From the NCBI RefSeq assembly GCF_037042905.1, contig NC_087263.1:13270001-13330000 (forward strand): DNA of 60,000 nucleotides, in the 5' to 3' direction. The notes under the pieces were generated by a model. It searched no databases. It was not told the DNA's origin and saw only the letters and a program-made list of their open reading frames with translations. Shown here piece by piece: positions 55,075 to 60,000 of this stretch. The position numbers and the translations under genes were made by a program. The number at the start of each line of letters is the position of its first letter. Positions within the stretch are counted from its first letter, which is position 1. The stretch is from Lytechinus pictus. Lineage: Eukaryota.

Positions 55075-56713
55075 CGCAAACGAAATTGTATGAAAGTGCT
55101 TTATTTCTTTTCGAAAAGGGAATTCTTTGATGAATTTCGAATCTGAACGATGGAATGATGGCGATGAGTAATAGACCTACATCGAAGACAATCTCCTTTA
55201 CTTCTTCACTACAGCTAATTAATACGTTGCCCAGCCGTGCTCAGTTTCTGCGTTTTCTTATTAATTAAAATTCTCCATTAATGGCCCAAACTGACGAGCT
55301 TAATTTCAACAAAAGCTACGTAAACACGCCAAGTACCTGTCTGATATAAAGGAAAACTAAAAGAGTAACTTCTCTAGACAGAAAATAGAAAACCCAAATG
55401 TGTGTTTTATCTCCCCCTAATTAGTCCTAACTCTGAGTCATACCTAAATACTTTGGCGCGACCACGGTAATTTCTGGCGCGAAATTTCGCAGCTACTTTA
55501 TTAATTAAGACAACGGACACGGGCAAAGATAAGGCAACGCAAACTCGATGAAGTCACGTACATGTGTTATGGAACGCTCATTGAGAAGGAAATGTGTTTC
55601 TCTGCATTTTCAATGCGGAGATTAAACGCATCCTTGTTTGGTTAAACCATGGACCTACATGGTTAAACTTGTATCACGTAATGCTAACACCTATAAAACG
55701 AACGCAAGCACGAAACGGGAACTCTTTGAAAATGAAAGCAGTTTAAGCCTATTAGGTTAAGCACTTTCAAGAAGGTGAGAGTTTTATCACCTTAAAACTC
55801 AAGTTCACCCGCTTTGTTTCCTTTTATCTCCGAAATCAATTAGTTATCCTTCCTTGGTTTAATAAAGTTTACTGCTATCGATGATGTGAGACTTTTATTG
55901 ACAATTGCCCAATAAATCAAATTAAGGTTTTATGTGAAGGTTTCGGAAGTTACAAATAAGAAAGTTCACGCGTTGTTGTGGATGCGGTGGAGCTTATATA
56001 GATAGGGGTGTTGATTAATAATGATGGTATCCTCTTTGTGTTTGAAAATTTATAAGATGGAATAACCAACCTGTTAATGCCTTTCATGAGGAGTTTCTAC
56101 TGCAGGAAAGTTAACAATGATTAGTTTGAGCATGGACCTACCCATGGTTTGAGGTTGTTCTCTCGTAAGTAGCGGAGCGATGCGAATCCGGGTGTTCTTG
56201 TGCATGTGGTCAATCCTATATAAAGTAATGGCAATTACATTTTCTTTATGTTTGAAGATTTAAAAGATGCTAAAAAAAACCACACTAACACTTATTGTGA
56301 TTCATGCTATATTTCTATTGGAAGGTGAAAACATATTAAAAAGTAGTACTGAAAGTTTTTGGGTGATTCTTCTGGAAGCAGGGGGGAGATTTTTTTTCGC
56401 GCGTTCTTGAGCGTCAGGTCAACCTTATAATGATATCATTCTCTTTATTTGAAAATTTGAAAAAGTAAGAAGGTTTGACAGTTTATTAAATACGATTGCT
56501 GTCAAGCTTATATTGAGGGTTGGAAATTAATCAAAACTGGATTTAGGGTAATTATTTTGATGGTTAACGTAGAGAATATAATTTTCGCGAGTATTTATTA
56601 TAATTAGGTTTGGGGTGATTATTTTGCAAAGGAGAGAAAATGTTCGAGTGTTATTGTGCTTGCAGTCCAGTATTGTTTTGAATCATTTTAATTTATGTAA
56701 GAATTTGTTGGTA

Positions 56714-56747
<34 letters not shown>

Positions 56748-57049
56748 ACTACGTGTGCGCATAGTTTAGTTAACCCTACGTTAACTTAGTACACACGTTT
56801 ATGGAGTGCCAGGAATATTGCCAACTTATTCACCAATGAAATATTATTCTTATACTGGTAAAAAGAGTTATTAAAAAATAATGAGCCGCGAAATTGGAAG
56901 AATAAGAAAATACAAAAATAAAAAGAATTTTAATGAATTGATTAGTCCATTATAATTGCAACTAATTATGAAGCCAGCATTCCATAAAAAATGTGGTTTA
57001 AAACTTCTAGTTTAGACATTTGAAGCTTAAACCCTAAGTTTGATTATTA

Positions 57050-57545
57050 ATTCAACTCAACTCAATTCAATTTATTTTTCTCAGTATAAAAAGAACAATA
57101 TAAATAGTACAAACATGATATAAATCAAACAGAGACATAAATAAAGTGAAAGGGTAGCAGCCCCCCCCCCAAAAAAAAACGACCGACCCATATCAAATAA
57201 CACAGTATTTGACTAAACATAAAGCAGCAATGGGGGAAATAAATACCTAACTAACCCAAACAAACAAACAAACAAGCAAACAAGCAAAATGATAATAAAG
57301 TCTAAAATGAAAAATTAGTGATGATTTGGTATTTATATAATTCCTCCTAAAAACGTTAAGAGAGCATCTATCCTTAATTTCCTTTGATAATGCATTCCAA
57401 ATTAATAGTCGCCTATAACAGATTGCACTTTGAAAGAATTTGGTTCTTACCTTAGGTATATGAAAATGACTATTGCACCTAGTTGCATTTTTATGTACAT
57501 TAAGATTTAAAACAAAATGATTAAAATTTGACTGGGGTAAAATAT
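57050..57545 (-). mobile_element. 5'-truncated L2/CR1-group LINE 3' end
   Basis: Minus-strand translation LPQSNFNHFVLNLNVHKNATRCNSHFHIPKVRTKFFQSAICYRRLLIWNALSKEIKD; ends in AATAAA(TTGAR)n tail. Confidence 0.7.
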
Positions 57546-58276
57546 AACAATTATAGGCCTACCGCCCAATAGTGGGTTCCCTTTTTTCATTTCTGTATAT
57601 TATATTATTGTGTTTTGCCTTACACTGTAACTTTTGTTGAATTTTGGAATGAAAAAGATTAAATGTAATCAATCAATCAATAAATATGTTTAGGCCTCAG
57701 ACTAAAAATAACTGAATGATTATCATTACAGCTATCTCTTCCAAAATAGGAATACTTGCATAATCAAGAAAGCAATAAACTAAATCTTGAAAAAATGACC
57801 CCATTCAATTTACGAAGATGATTTTCAGCCCTTACTTTTAATGAGCAAAATAAGGAATTAGTTGGGATGAATGGCATGACTAATATGGATACCCTAGCTA
57901 ATTAATCAGAGTGTTTTGCACCTCATGTCTGAGATAATTGTTTATTTCGGGAAGCCCGTCGAGGAACCGGTGACTAATTTATGTCGGCTGTTGTGATTGG
58001 TCCGTTATGAAAGCCCGAGGGGTCAGATAGACTATTAGTCAACTTGTATCAGCAAAATAAAAAATCTTTGCGCCTTCTTTTTAATGAACTATTACCCTGG
58101 GGAATTTCGCGGTGCTTATAGTATATATAGTATATATATTTTGTAAGTGTGCTTTACGTGGAATTAAGAGTTCAGTATGTTCACATGAATATGATTAAAA
58201 GGAATATAGGGAGCTATTAAAAAGAATAACATGGAATATGCCCATACTTTGATGTCATATTCTTCTAATAACACCT

Positions 58277-58433
58277 GGGGCCTGTTGCATAAAACTTTTT
58301 ACCTGAGAAAACTCTGGTAAAAACTGAAAACTAAGGTTAGTCTGATTTCTGCAATTGACTTTAACACAGGGCAAAAACTCCGGTAAAAACAACCTGAGTT
58401 TTCTCAGGTAAAAAGCTTTATGCAACGGGCCCC
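58277..58433. mobile_element. Short palindromic Harbinger-like MITE
   Basis: GGGGCCTGTTGCATAAAACTTTTTACCTGAGAAAACTC / GAGTTTTCTCAGGTAAAAAGCTTTATGCAACGGGCCCC. Confidence 0.85.
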
Positions 58434-58657
58434 TTGTGTGTCTTTCAGGAATAAAACAGAGGTATACAAGAAATGAACACATAAATCATGGTAACTGTTG
58501 GTTAAATCATAATAATACAAAAGTTAAATCATGCGTTTAACGAAATGATGGAATGTTTTTATTTTACTGGTTTTAAAAATGTACGTGTGCGTCCACATGA
58601 TTTTGTGTATTATAATAACTTTTAAGGGGGGGGGGGTGCATTATGTACTGGAAATAC

Positions 58658-60000
58658 TTGATTGATTGATTGATTGATTTTATTTGGCAAGTCACCATAA
58701 CATATATACAGTAGCATTAAAACAACAGGCTTGCACAGGATGACCCACGAAAGCTCGAAAGCTTATTTCCAGTGGGGTCCTCAATATACAGAATTAAGAT
58801 AATAAAATGTTAAAATTATACTATTTACATATTAAAAATGAAGAAAAAAAAAATCAGAATTTACTATTACCAATAAATAAGATATATAGACAATAAATAA
58901 GATATATACAAGAATATAACGAAGAAGAAGAAGAAAAGAAGGAGAAGGAAGAGGAGGAACAGAAGAAGAGAGGGGACGAGGAGTAGAAGGAGACGGAAGC
59001 AACTGATAACGAAGGGAAATAAATAAGGAGAAGAACAACAGCATAAAAGTGACGACAATAACAACAAGAAGAGGAGAATAGGAAGAGATAAAAGAAATAG
59101 AAAGAATAGAAGAAAGGACATATCGAACTAAGCTTCAATCAAACTATGTAAAATACATAATAATACCTAGTAGAGAAGAGAAAAGAACTAGGTCAGTATT
59201 CAGGCTAAATCAACCGTACAACATATCATTTGCATCTTCTTTTTGACTCTCAAGTGAAAGATATTCTTTCAATTTCCTCTTAAAATGCAAAAAGTTTCCT
59301 ATTTCCTTTATATCATTGGGAAGGGAATTCCAATGTTTTATAGCATTGTAATAAAATGAGTTACCAATACTGCCTATCCTTTCTGGTAAGCAAAAATTGA
59401 AATGGCTGTTTCTTGTATTATAGTTATGTATTTCGGTAACTAGATTAAAGTTTGATCCAATGTAATGATTCGATCTATTGTGATAGATTTTATGCACGTG
59501 GTGCAAAATAAGCTGTTTGATCTTTTGTTGACTTCAAGAAAACCTGCTCCAGAGAGTTCGGTGCAGCCAACATGGGTTCTGGGACCAGAACAGCTAATGA
59601 ATATAACCATTTTATTCTGTATAATTTTCAACTTCTTTTTATTGAGTTCGCTTATGCCACTAAACCAAGCAGGGTTGGCATAGTCAAATAAACTCTGAAT
59701 AAGAGCAAAACAGAGAATACGCCTTGCTTTTTGATCCATACAACTTTGATACCTGTACAAAAATTTCAAACGGGCATTCGCCTTTTTTACGATTGATTCT
59801 ATACTAAAGATGAAAATGAAAGGGAGCTAGTCAACTCAATGCCTAAATACTTTACAGATTCTTTCCTATGAATTATCTTATTATTGTATGATACTTCAAA
59901 TTCAAATGAAGTTTTATGATTACTTTTAGAACAAAACAGAATGCTTTCGGTTTTGCCTAAGTGTAACGATAATCTATTATCAGTCATCCAATCGACACAT
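58658..60000 (-). mobile_element. LINE (L2/Crack/CR1 group): disrupted reverse transcriptase ORF2 C-terminus plus 3'UTR; runs off the window
   Basis: NRLSLHLGKTESILF, VKYLGIELTSSLSF, LIQSLFDYA, HNYNTRN and WNSLPNDIK...FKRKLK are spread over three ORF pieces (stop/frameshifts); 3' end AATAAA(ATCA)n; purine-rich (GAA)n-like tract in the UTR. Confidence 0.9.

Noticed and set aside
1419..58636. Dozens of poly-C/poly-G tracts as functional G-quadruplexes
   Set aside because: Dispersed on both strands and often parts of MITE ends; appear to be a genome-wide compositional trait.
59210..60000. Reverse transcriptase as a retron/DGR-like novel system
   Set aside because: Motifs, frameshifts and the AATAAA(ATCA)n tail identify an ordinary decayed L2/CR1-group LINE.

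Overview
AT-rich, repeat-dense eukaryotic (metazoan) genomic DNA, not prokaryotic. The repeat landscape (long poly-C/G tracts, TTAA-, TWA-, TA- and 8-bp-TSD MITEs, tRNA-SINE, L2/CR1-group LINE ends) resembles an invertebrate deuterostome such as a sea urchin; this is inference only. The one convincing host coding segment is the first coding exon of a DUSP8/DUSP16-like MAP kinase phosphatase (rhodanese/kinase-docking domain) on the minus strand at 36998-37270. About 37 kb to its left appears to be intron, and the 5' end/upstream region lies to its right. The other listed ORFs are chance ORFs, (GAT)n microsatellite artefacts or LINE remnants. Most notable observations: (1) a SINE-like element with a 7SL/Alu-domain-like head and a Deu-like core at 28449-28633; (2) five tiny CAT...ATG inverted-repeat inserts with 7-bp duplications, resembling P-superfamily excision footprints; (3) an excess of ATGASTCAT AP-1 sites across the locus of a presumed JNK/p38 phosphatase; (4) an excess of TAGGCCTA/TACATGTA palindromes; (5) a shift from CpG-poor to CpG-richer DNA near 43 kb. 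All counts are by eye and should be recomputed.
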